From assembly GCA_963735595.1 (NCBI GenBank), contig CAVTLK010000001.1:608001-672000 (forward strand): a stretch of 64,000 nt of DNA, read 5' to 3'. Shown here piece after piece: positions 40,577 through 55,257 of this stretch (the first letter of the stretch is position 1; each line of letters begins with the position of its first letter). Made by a program: the position numbers and the translations under genes. Origin of the DNA: an uncultured delta proteobacterium. GTDB lineage: Bacteria > Desulfobacterota > Zymogenia > Zymogenales > Zymogenaceae. The notes under the pieces are model-generated. The model ran no database searches. It was not told the origin of the DNA and was given only the letters and a program-made list of their open reading frames with translations.

Positions 40577-40852
40577 TTATTCGTTGAGGGCGCGTTTCAG
40601 CACGTGGCTCGGTTTGAAAGTAACAACTCGCCGCGCGTCGATCTCGAGTTCGTCTCCGGTCTGGGGATTTCGCCCCTTACGGGGTTCCTTCTGCCGAACC
40701 ACAAAGTTGCCGAACCCGGATATCTTGACCTTCTCCCCGCTTTCGAGCGTTTCCTTTATGACCTCGAACAGCTCATCGATGATGACGGCGGACTCCTTCT
40801 TTGACAAGCCGAGATTCTTATAAATGGAATTTATTAAGTCGGTCTTCGTCAT
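40577..40852 (-). CDS. ihfA: Integration host factor alpha
   Basis: VKISGFGNF, RKGRNPQTG; directly after pheT. Confidence 0.95.
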   Translation of the reverse strand: MTKTDLINSIYKNLGLSKKESAVIIDELFEVIKETLESGEKVKISGFGNFVVRQKEPRKGRNPQTGDELEIDARRVVTFKPSHVLKRALNE

Positions 40853-40870
40853 AACGTCCCCCCTAAAAAG

Positions 40871-43274
40871 TTATCTGATCTGCACATCGAGTTTCTTCTT
40901 TAAGACATCCAGTACCCTCCCGTGAACCGCGTTTACCTCGTCGTCGGTAAGCGTCCTATCTTCCGATTGGTATCTTACCGTCAGGGCGAGGCTCTTCTTA
41001 TCCTCCTGAATCTGCTTGCCCTGGTAGACATCGAAAATGGTAACGTCATTGATGAGGCTGTCGCCCGCGCCACAGATCGCCTCGATAATCTTCTTTGACG
41101 TGAGGCTTCCGCCCACGACCATCGATATATCGCGCAGAACCGATGGAAAACGGGAAACCGATCGGAACGTGAAATCCCGTGCCGCACAGCCCACCAGGGC
41201 AGATAGATCGGCTTCGAGAACATACGCGTCTCGGCCGAGGTCAAAGTTCTTCATAACCTTCGGGTCGATCCTGCCCATGTATCCGACGGGTACCTTCCCG
41301 CTCATAATGGCGCACGACTGCTCCGCGTCAAGATACGGATAGTCGTTCGTATCAGTGTATTCTATTTCCAGGAAGCCCAGCTTGTCAACCACCGTCTCCC
41401 AGATGCCCTTGATATCGAAGAAATCGACGTCACCCGCCGGCATGCCCCATTGTCTCGGATATCGTTTCCCGGATATCAGGGCGCACACATGTTCGTTCTC
41501 GGTGGGCAGGCCCTTTTTGTTCGGTCTGAAAACCCGCGCCGTCTCAAAGATCCGTACGTCATAGTTCAGGTAGTTGATGTTCGTGACGCAGGTCTTGATT
41601 ATCGACGGTATCAAAGTCGTACGCATCGACGCCATGTCTTCGTTCATCGGGTTGGCCAGTTTAATGGCGGTACGGCGCGCGTCGCCCGCCGGGAGTTCCA
41701 GCTTCTCCAGCCAGTCGATCCCGATAAAGCTGTAGGTGATTACCTCGCTAAATCCTTCAGACAGCATGACCTCCGACACCCGCTGGGTGAGCGTGCGGAT
41801 CGGCGAGCGTTCTGAATAGTCCATTCCGATTTCGGGGAGCGTCTCGGGAATCCGGTCAAAGCCCTTGAGCCGGGCGACCTCTTCGATAAGGTCTATCTCT
41901 CGCTCGAGGTCCATCCGGAACGGCGGCGGCAGGGCAGTTACCGAGTCGTCCGTCTCGGCCTGCACCTCGAGCTGGAGCCTCTTGAGGAATTCCTTTGACT
42001 CCGTGCGTCGTAATGTCAAACCCCATGATTTTCCTGGTTCGGGGCGTTCGGATGGTCACCGGTTTGGGCAGCGGTATCGGCCCCAGGACATCGATCATAC
42101 CCCGTGCGATCACCCCGCCGGCCAGTTCGCGGACAAGCTCCGCCGCGCGGTTTGCCGCATCCACCAGGCCCACCGGGTCGACCCCCCGCTCGAAGCGGAA
42201 GGCCGCCTCGCTGGGCAGCCCCAGCTTCTTGGCGGTGCGTCTGATTGACGGTGGATGGAAATACGCGGCCTCCAGGAGTACGTCCGTGGTGTCCTCCTGA
42301 ATTTCCGAGTTCGCGCCGCCCATGACGCCGGCTATGCCCACCGGCCTTTGTCCGTCGCAGATCATCAGCACGTCCTCGTTGAGCACCCGCTCGACGGCGT
42401 CCAGGGTATAGAAGGTTTCACCTTTGGCGGCACGCTTTACCACGATCCTGTGTCCCTCAAGGAGGCTGTAATCGAAGGCGTGCATGGGTTGCCCGTATTC
42501 GAGCATGACGTAGTTGGTGATATCAACGACGTTGCTGATGTCGCGCAGGTCAAGCCTCTTCAGGCGAAGGCGCATCCAGAAGGGGGACTTTCCTATCGTG
42601 ATCTTCTGGACGACCCGGGCGGTATAGCGGGGGCAGAGGTCCGCATCGATAACGTCTACCGACGCGAGGGTTTTGATATCCGGCCCTTCCTCGACAATCG
42701 ATATTTTCTTTTCCTTGAGCGGGACACTCGTGAGCGCCGATATCTCCCGCGCAAGACCGATGATAGAGAGGCAGTCTGCCCGATTAGGAGTCACGCCGAC
42801 GTCCAGCAGCCAATCCGTGAGGTCCATCGCCTCCGTTATCGGCCTTCCGGTCGCCGCGGTCGGCTCGAGCTCCATAATCCCCGAGTGATCGGCCGTAAGC
42901 GCCATTTCGTCCTCGGCCAGCAGCACGCCGACCGACTCGACGCCGCCGAACGCGCGCTTGCCGACCTCGATACCGCCCGGAAGGCGAACGCCGGGCAGCG
43001 CGAGAGGGGCCTTAATGCCGGCCCGTATATTGGGGGCCGACGAGACGATGGTTACCGGGGATTGCCCGGTAGTAACCTGACAAACCGTGAGCCCCTCTGT
43101 CGTGGGATGGGGCCCGGCCTCGATTACTTCACCAACGAGGATCTTTTCCAATCCTTCGCCGAGCCGCTGGACAGCCTCGACCTCAAAGCCGGACATGGTC
43201 ATGAGATCGGCGAGCTTATGGACCTCAAGATCAATATCGACAAAATCAGACAGCCACTGTATGGTCGCTTTCAT
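40871..43274 (-). CDS. pheT: Phenylalanine--tRNA ligase beta subunit (one frameshift near 42010)
   Basis: VTPNRADCLS, RFERGVDP, REIDLIEEVAR and an FDX-ACB C-terminus. Confidence 0.95.
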
Positions 43275-43433
43275 ATCTCTTACGTTTTACCATCAATCGA
43301 TCACGGAAAAGCCGTGGAAGTATCACCCTGTTCGGTATTCCCCGTAAATGGGGAAACCGGTAACGGGCAGGTCACGAAACGCGCGGCTTAAACTGATTCC
43401 CGTGATCCGAGCGTTATGCGTATGCTCGTCCGG

Positions 43434-44444
43434 TTAGAACTGGTTGAGGAATCTTAAATCGTTCTCGAAGAAAAGCCTGATGTCATCGATTCCGTATTTT
43501 AGCATCGTAATACGCTCGATTCCCATCCCGAAGGCGAATCCGGTATACTCCTCCGGATCATAGCCTACCATCGAAAAGACCGCCGGATCTACCATCCCCG
43601 ATCCGAGTATCTCAAGCCACCCGGTCTGCGAACAGACACGGCACCCCTTCCCCTTGCAGATGACGCACCCGATATCGACTTCTGCCGACGGCTCCGTAAA
43701 GGGGAAGAAGCTCGGGCGAAAGCGGAGGTCCGTTTCGCTTCCAAACATCGCGTGGACGAATACCGAGAGTACCCCCTTGAGGTCGGCCATGCTGATGTCG
43801 TTTCCGACCATCAATCCTTCCACCTGATGAAACATCGGTGAATGGGTGACGTCGTAATCGGGACGATAGGCTTTGCCGGGGGCAACGATCTTGATGGGAG
43901 GCCGTCTGCTCTCCATCGTCCTGACCTGCACCGGCGAGGTATGGGTCCTGAGCAGCATCTCGTCGTCGATATAGAACGTGTCCTGCATGTCCCGGGCCGG
44001 ATGGTGCCGCGGCATATTGAGCGCCTCGAAGTTGTAGTAGTCAAGCTCAACCTCGGGACCCTCGGCCAGGTCAAATCCCATGCCAAGAAAGATATCCACG
44101 ATCTGCCGGTATACCCGGGTAACGGGATGCACTCTCCCCGTGTATCCCCGCCTTCCGGGAAGCGTATAATCGATCGATTTGGTCTTCTTGTCGGATGCAC
44201 CACCGGCAAGCCGCGCCAGGGATTCGTCGAAGGCCTTTTCTATCCTGTTCTTCAGTTCGTTGGCGAGTTTGCCGATTTTCGGACGCTCCTCGGACGAGAG
44301 CGACCCCATATCGCGCAGGATAGACGTCAGCTCGCCCTTCCTGCCGAGGTATTGTATCCTGAGTGATTCGATAGACTGCACGCCGGTGGCGTTCTTGATC
44401 TGTGAAAGAGCGGAAGCCTCCAGGGCCTTGAGTCTATCCAGCAT
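43434..44444 (-). CDS. pheS: Phenylalanine--tRNA ligase alpha subunit
   Basis: [40 protein letters not shown]. Confidence 0.98.
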   Translation of the reverse strand: MLDRLKALEASALSQIKNATGVQSIESLRIQYLGRKGELTSILRDMGSLSSEERPKIGKLANELKNRIEKAFDESLARLAGGASDKKTKSIDYTLPGRRGYTGRVHPVTRVYRQIVDIFLGMGFDLAEGPEVELDYYNFEALNMPRHHPARDMQDTFYIDDEMLLRTHTSPVQVRTMESRRPPIKIVAPGKAYRPDYDVTHSPMFHQVEGLMVGNDISMADLKGVLSVFVHAMFGSETDLRFRPSFFPFTEPSAEVDIGCVICKGKGCRVCSQTGWLEILGSGMVDPAVFSMVGYDPEEYTGFAFGMGIERITMLKYGIDDIRLFFENDLRFLNQF

Positions 44445-44802
44445 GTGCCGTGAGCCCTTCCTTGGCGCGTTCTACGATCTTTGCAAAGCCGTCACGATCA
44501 CGCACGGCCAGGTCCGCAAGGACTTTACGGTCGATCTCGATCCCTGACTTATGAAGGCCTTCCATGAAGCGACTGTAAGACAGGTTATTTTCCCGTGCCG
44601 CGGCGTTAATCCTGACGATCCAGAGACGCCGCATATCCCGTTTTTTCACCCGGCGATCCCGGTAGGCGTACATGAGGGCGCGCTCAACGGTTTCGCTGGC
44701 CGCCCTAAAACCGCGAGATCTCCCGCCTACGTACCCCTTTGCCAGTTTGAGGATCTTGTTGCGCCGCTTTCTGGCCTTCGTTCCTCTTACAACCCTAGAC
44801 AT
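44434..44802 (-). CDS. rplT: 50S ribosomal protein L20
   Basis: [32 protein letters not shown]. Confidence 0.98.
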   Translation of the reverse strand: MSRVVRGTKARKRRNKILKLAKGYVGGRSRGFRAASETVERALMYAYRDRRVKKRDMRRLWIVRINAAARENNLSYSRFMEGLHKSGIEIDRKVLADLAVRDRDGFAKIVERAKEGLTAHAG

Positions 44803-44883
44803 TGTATATGAACCTCCGTTGTTACAGGTGATACCGATAGCGGTCCCGACGGTCTCCCGACGGTCGGGCCGCCCTCGGCGGTC

Positions 44884-45088
44884 TCAGATGCCTGCGTTCG
44901 GCAACAGCCGCCTGATCTCACGCATATTTTCACGTACGATCAAACCCGCGGCCCTGAGGTGGCGTTTGCGTTTTGTGGTTTTCTTTGTCAGAATATGATT
45001 CGAAAACGCCTTACTGCGTTTAACCTTTCCCGCGCCGGTTCTTCTTGAATCGTTTTGCCGCCGCTCTGTTCGTCTTTATCTTAGGCAT
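44884..45088 (-). CDS. rpmI: 50S ribosomal protein L35 (one extra base; missing from the ORF track)
   Basis: MPKIKTNRAAAKRFKK, then after a 1 nt shift TGAGKVKRSKAFSNHILTKKTTKRKRHLR; between infC and rplT. Confidence 0.92.
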
Positions 45089-45247
45089 GTGTAATCCTCT
45101 CTCTCATTCGAGTTACCGTGTTATTCGGTTCGTCTCTCTATCCCATCAATCGGCCACCCGGCAACACCACCCGATACGCCTCACGAAGGTGAGGCGTAAG
45201 GCGTTATTTCAGATTACCTCACTCCCTCCCGGGGGCCGTGGCCGTAT

Positions 45248-45766
45248 CTATTTTTGCGGGGCGATGATCATGACCATGTTTCGCCCCTCGAGGGTCGGCT
45301 TTTGCTCGACGGTCCCGATATCCACAATCTCGAGGGCTATCTTATCGAGTATCTTCCTTCCGATCTCCGTATAGGTGATCTCCCTCCCGCGAAAGATCAT
45401 GGTAACCTTTGCCTTATCACCGTTTTCGAGAAAACGCTTGATGTCTTTGACTTTATTCTGCACGTCATGGTCCGCGGTCTTGGGGCTTACCTTGACCTCC
45501 TTGATGTGCATCACGCTTTGTTTCTTGCGCGCGTCATGGGCCTTCTTGCTCTGCTGGTATTTGAACTTGCCGTAGTCCATGATGCGGCAAACCGGAGGAT
45601 CGGCCGTAGGCGCAACCTCCACGAGATCCAGACCGAAATCCTCGGCCCTTCTCAGGGCGTCGTCCGTCGTAATAATGCCCAGTTGTTCGCCGTCCGGAGC
45701 GATCACCCGAACCTTATCGGTCCTGATCATACGATTAATTCTGACGTCTTTGGCTTTCTCTTTTAT
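45248..45766 (-). CDS. infC: Translation initiation factor IF-3, probable non-canonical ATA start
   Basis: DLVEVAP..PPVCRIMDYGKFKY, FRGRE; the reading frame extends upstream through RIN to an ATA placed after GGAGG. Confidence 0.95.
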   Translation of the reverse strand: MKEKAKDVRINRMIRTDKVRVIAPDGEQLGIITTDDALRRAEDFGLDLVEVAPTADPPVCRIMDYGKFKYQQSKKAHDARKKQSVMHIKEVKVSPKTADHDVQNKVKDIKRFLENGDKAKVTMIFRGREITYTEIGRKILDKIALEIVDIGTVEQKPTLEGRNMVMIIAPQK

Positions 45767-45769
45767 AGT

Positions 45770-47677
45770 CTACCCCCTCCAAAAGACTGAGCTTTCCGTC
45801 TTGACGCGCTCAATAAATTCGCCTATCTTCATCGGCTCGAGGTTTTTCCCGTCCAGCAGCCGCGGAGTAACAGTCCCGCCCGCCACCTCGGCCTGGCCGA
45901 TGATGAGGGTAAAGGGAACCTTCTCGATCTGCGCCTCCCTGATCTTGAGCCCCAGTTTCTCGTTACGGAAGTCGGCCCGCGCACGGATTCCGGCGGACTT
46001 GAGCTCGCCCAGGACTTTCTTTCCGAAATCTATATGGTCATCGGTTATCGTCACGATTAGCGCCTGCAGCGGAGCAAAGCCGACCGGAAACGCCCCGGCG
46101 TAATGCTCGATAAGGATCCCGAGAAACCGATCCATCGATCCGAGGATGACACGGTGCAGCATCACCGGCCGCTTCTTCTCGCCGTTTGAATCGATAAACG
46201 TGAGGTCGAAGCGTTCCGGGAGGGTAAAGTCACATTGGATGGTCGCGCACTGCCACTGCCTGCCGATCGCATCCCTCAGCTTGAAGTCGATCTTCGGGCC
46301 GTAGAACGCCCCGTCGCCCTCATTGACTGCGTATTCCTGTCCCTGCTTCTCGAGGGCAAACGTGAGGGCCTCCGTGGCCCGCGCCCAGTCCTCATCGGAG
46401 CCAATGGATTTTTCCGGCCTGGTCGACAGCTCCATCGAATACGGGAATCCGAACACCTTCATGGTATAGGCAACGAACTCCATAACACCCACGATCTCAT
46501 CGATGAGCTGCTCGGGCGTGCAAATGATATGGGCATCGTCCTGTGTGAAGGCCCGGGCCCTGAGCATCCCGTGGAGCACGCCTGACTTCTCGTGGCGGTG
46601 CACCGTACCAAGCTCGAAATACCGCAGCGGAAGATCCCGGTAGCTTCTGAGTTTCGACTTGTATATAAGCATGTGCGCCAGGCAATTCATCGGCTTGATG
46701 CCGTACTGCTGTCCCTCCACCTCGGTGAAGTACATGTTCTCTCGATAGTTATCGAAGTGGCCGGATCGCTCCCAGAGTTCCCGCTTGAGTATCATCGGGC
46801 CGATGACGATATCGTACCCGCGCCTGAGGTGTTCTGCCTTCATGAAGTCTTCGATGATCATCCGCAGCATCGCGCCCTTGGGGTGATAGATTGGGAGGCC
46901 GGCGCCCGCGTCGTCGTTAAACTGGAAAAGATCGAGCTCCCTGCCGAGTCTCCGGTGGTCGCGGCGTTTGGCCTCCTCAATCAGCGTCAGGTGCTGTTGC
47001 AGCGACTCCTTATCCGCGAACGCCGTTCCGTAGACCCTTTGCAGCATCTTATTCTTCTCGTCTCCCCTCCAGTACGCCCCGGCTATCGATGTCAGCTTAA
47101 AAGCCTTTATTACTCCCGACGAGGGGATGTGCGGCCCCCGGCAGAGATCGGTGAAATCTCCCTGTGTATAGAGTGAGACCGTTTCGTCCTGAATACCGTC
47201 TATCAACTCGATCTTATATGTCTCGCCCTTTTCCCTGAATAACTCAACCGCTTCCTTTACCGGGACGATCCTTCTTTCAAACGGGCTATCTTTCTTTATG
47301 ATCTCGCCCATCCGCTTCTCGATTTTCTCGAGGTCTTCAGGCTCAAACGGCTTGGCGATGTCGAAGTCATAATAAAAGCCGTTTTCAATGGCCGGGCCGA
47401 TCGTTACTTTCACATCGGGAAAGAGCGACTGGACCGCTTCGGCCATGATATGCGACGTGCTGTGCCGCAGTATCTCGATACCCTCGGGGCTGTCCAGGGT
47501 GATAAATCCGATTTCACCCTGGGCGGGAATCTTCTCCGAGAGATCGACGGGCCTCCCGTCGACCGTCGCCGCTATCGCCGACTTCCTGAGCTCGGCGGGA
47601 ACCAGGTCGGCAATCGCCATCCCCTCTCTCGGCTCGGGCGTCTGAAAGCCCCTGCTCTGTATTGTTAGCTGTACCAT
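45770..47677 (-). CDS. thrS: Threonine--tRNA ligase
   Basis: [35 protein letters not shown]. Confidence 0.98.
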   Translation of the reverse strand: MVQLTIQSRGFQTPEPREGMAIADLVPAELRKSAIAATVDGRPVDLSEKIPAQGEIGFITLDSPEGIEILRHSTSHIMAEAVQSLFPDVKVTIGPAIENGFYYDFDIAKPFEPEDLEKIEKRMGEIIKKDSPFERRIVPVKEAVELFREKGETYKIELIDGIQDETVSLYTQGDFTDLCRGPHIPSSGVIKAFKLTSIAGAYWRGDEKNKMLQRVYGTAFADKESLQQHLTLIEEAKRRDHRRLGRELDLFQFNDDAGAGLPIYHPKGAMLRMIIEDFMKAEHLRRGYDIVIGPMILKRELWERSGHFDNYRENMYFTEVEGQQYGIKPMNCLAHMLIYKSKLRSYRDLPLRYFELGTVHRHEKSGVLHGMLRARAFTQDDAHIICTPEQLIDEIVGVMEFVAYTMKVFGFPYSMELSTRPEKSIGSDEDWARATEALTFALEKQGQEYAVNEGDGAFYGPKIDFKLRDAIGRQWQCATIQCDFTLPERFDLTFIDSNGEKKRPVMLHRVILGSMDRFLGILIEHYAGAFPVGFAPLQALIVTITDDHIDFGKKVLGELKSAGIRARADFRNEKLGLKIREAQIEKVPFTLIIGQAEVAGGTVTPRLLDGKNLEPMKIGEFIERVKTESSVFWRG

Positions 47678-47781
47678 CGTAATAAAAGTAAAAAAGGCAT
47701 CAAAAACCTGGAGTCATTGATGCCTTTCTCGTTTCTTCAAAACGTCTCGATAGCTCTTTATCCCACACAGGTTTTTAATAC

Positions 47782-47856
47782 TGGTAGGCACGGGCGGGAT
47801 TGAACCGCCGACATCTACCGCGTCAGGATAGCGCTCTACCACTGAGCTACGTGCCT
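47782..47856 (-). tRNA. tRNA-Val(GAC)
   Basis: AGGCACGTAGCTCAGTGGTAGAGC..CTGACGC..GGTTCAATCCC..CCTACCA; TTGACA-17-TATTAA upstream. Confidence 0.96.
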
Positions 47857-47932
47857 AAATTCTTAGAATTAATAGCAATTTCTCCATCAAATGTCAAGAT
47901 AATTCTCGTGCTCGCGGCGATTTGTACCGCGC

Positions 47933-48493
47933 TTATTGTATCTCCCTGAGGTACCGCTCGGCATCACGCTTGTACGTCCCTTCGAGTTCAATCACCTTCT
48001 TCAGGTCCTTCCTGGCTTCCTCGGTCTTTCCCGCCTTGATGAGTGAAACCCCCATCCAGAACAGCGCCTTGTCGTTATTGGGAGAGATCGACAGTATAGA
48101 CTCGAAATCGGTCGTCACCCTGTCCAGCCACCCGTCCCCGCCGATGATCAGAGACGTACGCATAGAGGCCAGGAGCGCAAGTACCGTTTCGTTGCCCTCG
48201 GCCGCGTATTGTTTTGCGAGATCGATATAACCCTCAGATACATCCGGAACGTCCTCTATCGCCCAGTATATGCCCTTTCCGGCCAGGGCAGGAGAGAACT
48301 GAGGATTATCGGCAAGCGCCGTCTCGAACTCCCGCATGGCGTCTTCTGGAAACCCCATATCGACGAATGCTATTCCGTTTTCGGCGTGATGTATAGGAGA
48401 GCCGAAAGGGTAGTGCTGAACATCGATCCGATGGGCGCACCCGAAAAGAAAAAACACGATGAGCACTATCGGGGGTATATGTCGCTCAATCAT
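47933..48493 (-). CDS. TPR-repeat lipoprotein
   Basis: Lipobox LFGC and TPR-like helices; ATGA overlap with hfq. Confidence 0.7.
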   Translation of the reverse strand: MIERHIPPIVLIVFFLFGCAHRIDVQHYPFGSPIHHAENGIAFVDMGFPEDAMREFETALADNPQFSPALAGKGIYWAIEDVPDVSEGYIDLAKQYAAEGNETVLALLASMRTSLIIGGDGWLDRVTTDFESILSISPNNDKALFWMGVSLIKAGKTEEARKDLKKVIELEGTYKRDAERYLREIQ

Positions 48494-48693
48494 TCGTTTC
48501 GCATCGATATATCTGAAATCGCATGTTTATAGATGAGATACGGCCTATCGGCGTCGATGAATATACAAAAATTATCAAAACTCCTCACCACCCCAACCAC
48601 CTCACGGCCGTCGAGCAGGTGAATGGCGATCGAGGTTCTCTCTTTTCTGACCTGATTGAGGAACTGATCCTGGATATTAATACCGGTTTTCAT
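48490..48693 (-). CDS. hfq: RNA chaperone Hfq
   Basis: NIQDQFLN, FDNF, LIYKHAIS. Confidence 0.95.
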   Translation of the reverse strand: MKTGINIQDQFLNQVRKERTSIAIHLLDGREVVGVVRSFDNFCIFIDADRPYLIYKHAISDISMRNE

Positions 48694-48856
48694 TATGTCG
48701 AGCCGTATACTATTTGTCCCGCTTTACGCGCACTCAAACCCCGGTACCGCGCACCGTACCGTGATTCCGCTTCCGTTCCAAACAAAAAAACCTGATTATA
48801 GTTCTATCATTAAAACCGGTCGATGTCCAGCGATTTTTTATTGTATGCCTGTTACG

Positions 48857-48888
48857 AAAAAAAGGGGGGGCTACGATGCCCCCCCCTT
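48857..48888 (-). terminator. Terminator of the fdh operon
   Basis: G/C-run hairpin followed by a U7 tract on the minus strand. Confidence 0.75.
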
Positions 48889-48940
48889 GATTGTACGCGT
48901 CTCCCTGACGGCCTGGCGTCGGCGGACACGCAGACAGGAT

Positions 48941-51652
48941 CTATACCGCCGCTCTCTTTTGCTTCAGTTCGATCTTGACCGCACTGACCTTATATTCCGG
49001 AATCTTACCAATCGGATCCAGAAAGGTATTTGTCAGGACGTTGGCCGCCGCCTCCGCATAGTGGAACGGCATAAAGATCGTACCGGGCTTGACCCGGTCG
49101 GTCACCCACGCACGGACCTCAACGGAACCGCGGCGCGACGAGATGAATGCATTTTTGCCGTCGCCGACCCCGTAGGTCGTTGCATCCTTCGGGTTTATCT
49201 CGAAGAACGGGCCTTTCGATCGGAAGTTGAGACCCTCCGACCGACGGGACATCGTTCCGGTATGATACTGGTAGAGTATCCGGCCTGTCGTGAGTATCAG
49301 CGGGTATTCCTTATCGGGAAGCTCCATCGCTTCCTTGAATTCTATCGCGTTAAAGAGTCCGAGACCCCGCACGAACTTGTCCTTATGCAGGAACCGGGTA
49401 CCCGGATGCTCCTCGTTGGGGCACGGCCATTGGATGCCGCCCTTCTCAATTCTGTCATAGGAGATACCCGCGTAACTGGGCGTAACCTTCCTGATCTCCT
49501 CGAAGATATCTTTCGAGGTCCGATAGTCCATCGGATAGCCCATCCGCGCGGCAATATCCGCAATAATCTTCCAATCCGGCCGCGACTCACCGATCGGCCC
49601 CACCGCCTTGCGTACCCTCTGAACACGCCGCTCGGTGTTGGTAAAGGTACCGTCTTTCTCTGCAAAGCTGGCCGCCGGGAATACGACATCGGCAAGTTCG
49701 GTCGTCTCGTTCATGAAGATATCCTGACAGACGATAAAGTCCGCTTTCTTCAGGGATTCCCTCACGTGGGCCGTATCGGGATCGGAGACCATGGGGTTTT
49801 CCCCCATGAAGTAGAGCGCCTTGAGTTTTCCCTCATGGACCGCATTGGTCATCTCTACGATGGTCAGACCCACCTTCTCCGACAGGGGCATTACCGGTTT
49901 CCACGCCTCGGTGAACTTGGCACGGACCGCTTCGTCGATCACCCGCTGGTATCCGCAGAAGACGTTCGGGAGCGCACCCATATCGCAGGCGCCCTGCACG
50001 TTGTTCTGACCCCTGAGCGGATTCACGCCGCCCCCCGCTACGCCGATGTTGCCGGTGAGCATCGCCAGGTTCGCGAGCGACATAACGTTATCGGTGCCGG
50101 TGGTATGCTGCGTAATTCCCATGGCATAGTAGACCGCCGCCGGTTTGGAGGTCGCGAAGAGCCTGGCGGCCCCGATCAGGTCCGCGGCCGGGATGCCGGA
50201 TATCTTCTCGACATACTCCGGGGTATACTTTTTGACCGCCTCCTTCATCTTATCGAACCCTTCGGTTCGTCCCGCCACATACTCCCGGTCGTAGAGACCT
50301 TCCTCTATGATGACGTTCATCATCCCGTTGATCCAGGCCACGTCGGTCCCCGGACGCTGACGGAGGTGTATGGTAGCGAACTTCGCGATTTCAATGTTCC
50401 GGGGATCCACAAGGATAAGCTTTGCGCCCTTGTTGACCGCCTGTTTAAGCTTCGTGGCGATAACCGGGTGGTTCTCCGTTGTGTTGGTGCCCGTCAGGAG
50501 AAATACCGAGCTCTCCGCCGCCTCCGCGATGGAGTTTGTCATCGCCCCGCTGCCGAACGCTGTGGCAAGACCTGCCACGGTAACGCTGTGTCAGAGGCGG
50601 GCGCAGTGATCGACGTTATTCGTACCGATCACCGCGCGGGAGAACTTTTGCAGTACGTAGTTATCTTCGTTGGTGCACCGGGCCGAGGTAAACACGCCGA
50701 TCGAATCCGGTCCGTGTTTGTCCCGTATTCCCTTGAGACGTGCGGCCGTATAGTCGAGCGCCTCGTCCCAGGAAGACTCCCAGAATTTCCCGTCCTTCTT
50801 GATGAGGGGTTTCGTCAGCCGCTCTGGGTGATGGATGAAGTCGTGGCCAAAGCGTCCCTTGACACAGAGGCTTCCCTGGTTCGGCTCGCCCATTTCATAG
50901 TCGGAGGTAACCTTAACTACCTTTCCGTCCTTGACGTTCAGTGTGATCTGGCAGCCGACGCCGCAGTATGAACAGGTCGTTTTGACTTTCTCAAACTCCC
51001 AGTCTCTCCCCTTGAAACGGCCCTGCTTTTCGGACAGCGCCCCCACCGGGCAAACCGAGACACATTCACCGCAGAACACGCACTCGGAGTCTTCGTAGGT
51101 CCTGCCGAAGGCGGGACCTACGGTGGCGTGTCTGCCGCGATACGAGAAATCAAGGACCTGGTTGACCTGAACCTCGTTACAGGCCCGCACGCATCGCCCG
51201 CAGACGATACATCGATCCATGTCCCTGATGATCATCGGGTTGCCGTCCTCGATCTCAAAACCGGGCGGGTTAATCGGAAATCGGGGTTCTTCGATACCCA
51301 GCTCGTACGTCAGCTCCTGTAGGAGACACCGGCCGTTGGCCTCGCAGACCAGGCAGTTGTGTTTTCCTGAAGACAGGAGGAGCTCCGTGGCGAGCCGTCG
51401 GGCGGAGATTACCTTGTCGGAACCGGTTGTTACCTCCATGCCTTCGGTAATCGGCTGGGCGCAGGAAGCCACCAGGTTCCTGGCTCCCGCCACCTCCACC
51501 ACGCATACCCGACAGGCGCCCGCGGCCTTTGCCGCCGGGTGGTAACAGAGAATCGGAATCCGGATATTGCTTTCCTTGGCAACCTCATAAATCGTCTGGC
51601 CGGGTGCCCCGTGCACCTGCTTGCCGTCGATAGTGAGCGTTATCGTCTTCAT
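48941..51652 (-). CDS. fdhF: Formate dehydrogenase alpha subunit, selenocysteine-containing (in-frame TGA at 50591-50593), with NuoG-like Fe-S N-terminus
   Basis: The two ORFs are in the same frame and read [39 protein letters not shown] motif; SECIS-like hairpin. Confidence 0.95.
50562..50578 (-). promoter_or_regulatory. Bacterial SECIS element
   Basis: GTGGCA-GGTCT-TGCCAC hairpin starting 12 nt after the TGA, resembling the E. coli fdhF SECIS apex. Confidence 0.85.
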
Positions 51653-51728
51653 AACACCTTCCTATGTGAATAACTATGGTACCTTGTGGCGCGTAATTCT
51701 CAGCTGGAGTCTATTGAACAGGTTTCCG

Positions 51729-54781
<3,053 letters not shown>

Positions 54782-54846
54782 GGGGGATTATCCTCCTCAA
54801 CCCGATAACGCGGCGCTTTGTTCGGCCGCGGTCAACAAGAGTCGTG

Positions 54847-55230
54847 TTACTTTACTATTTCCGCACCTTTGGCTAGGACAAAGGGAGTCTGTATCTCGCC
54901 TTTCACGATATGGCGCTTAAATACCTGACGCATTTTATTGGGATTCATATATTCGTATTTGATCGGTTCATTCCCGATTACTTCGACGGTCACCAGCGGC
55001 TCCCGGCTGCACAATCCCATGCATCCCGAGGTAGTCACTGCGACGTCCGAAACGCTGTCCTCGGCCATGACGTTCATGAGCGCCTCCAGCACTTCTCGGG
55101 CGCCGGACGCGATACCGCACGTCCCCATGTGTACGGTGACTTTTACCCGCGCACCCCCCTCTCGCAGCGCCGTATCGGTATGAACCTTGTCCTTGATCTT
55201 CTTCAGATCTTCTATCGTCAACTTTGACAT
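54847..55230 (-). CDS. Thioredoxin-like [2Fe-2S] ferredoxin (HndB-like)
   Basis: VHMGTCGIASGA, GCMGLCSREP. Confidence 0.88.
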   Translation of the reverse strand: MSKLTIEDLKKIKDKVHTDTALREGGARVKVTVHMGTCGIASGAREVLEALMNVMAEDSVSDVAVTTSGCMGLCSREPLVTVEVIGNEPIKYEYMNPNKMRQVFKRHIVKGEIQTPFVLAKGAEIVK

Positions 55231-55257
55231 ACTACCATCCTCATATAAATAGGTTGG

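Noticed and set aside
48695..50971. 758 aa ORF on the plus strand
   Set aside because: Antisense to the formate dehydrogenase gene; no domain signal.
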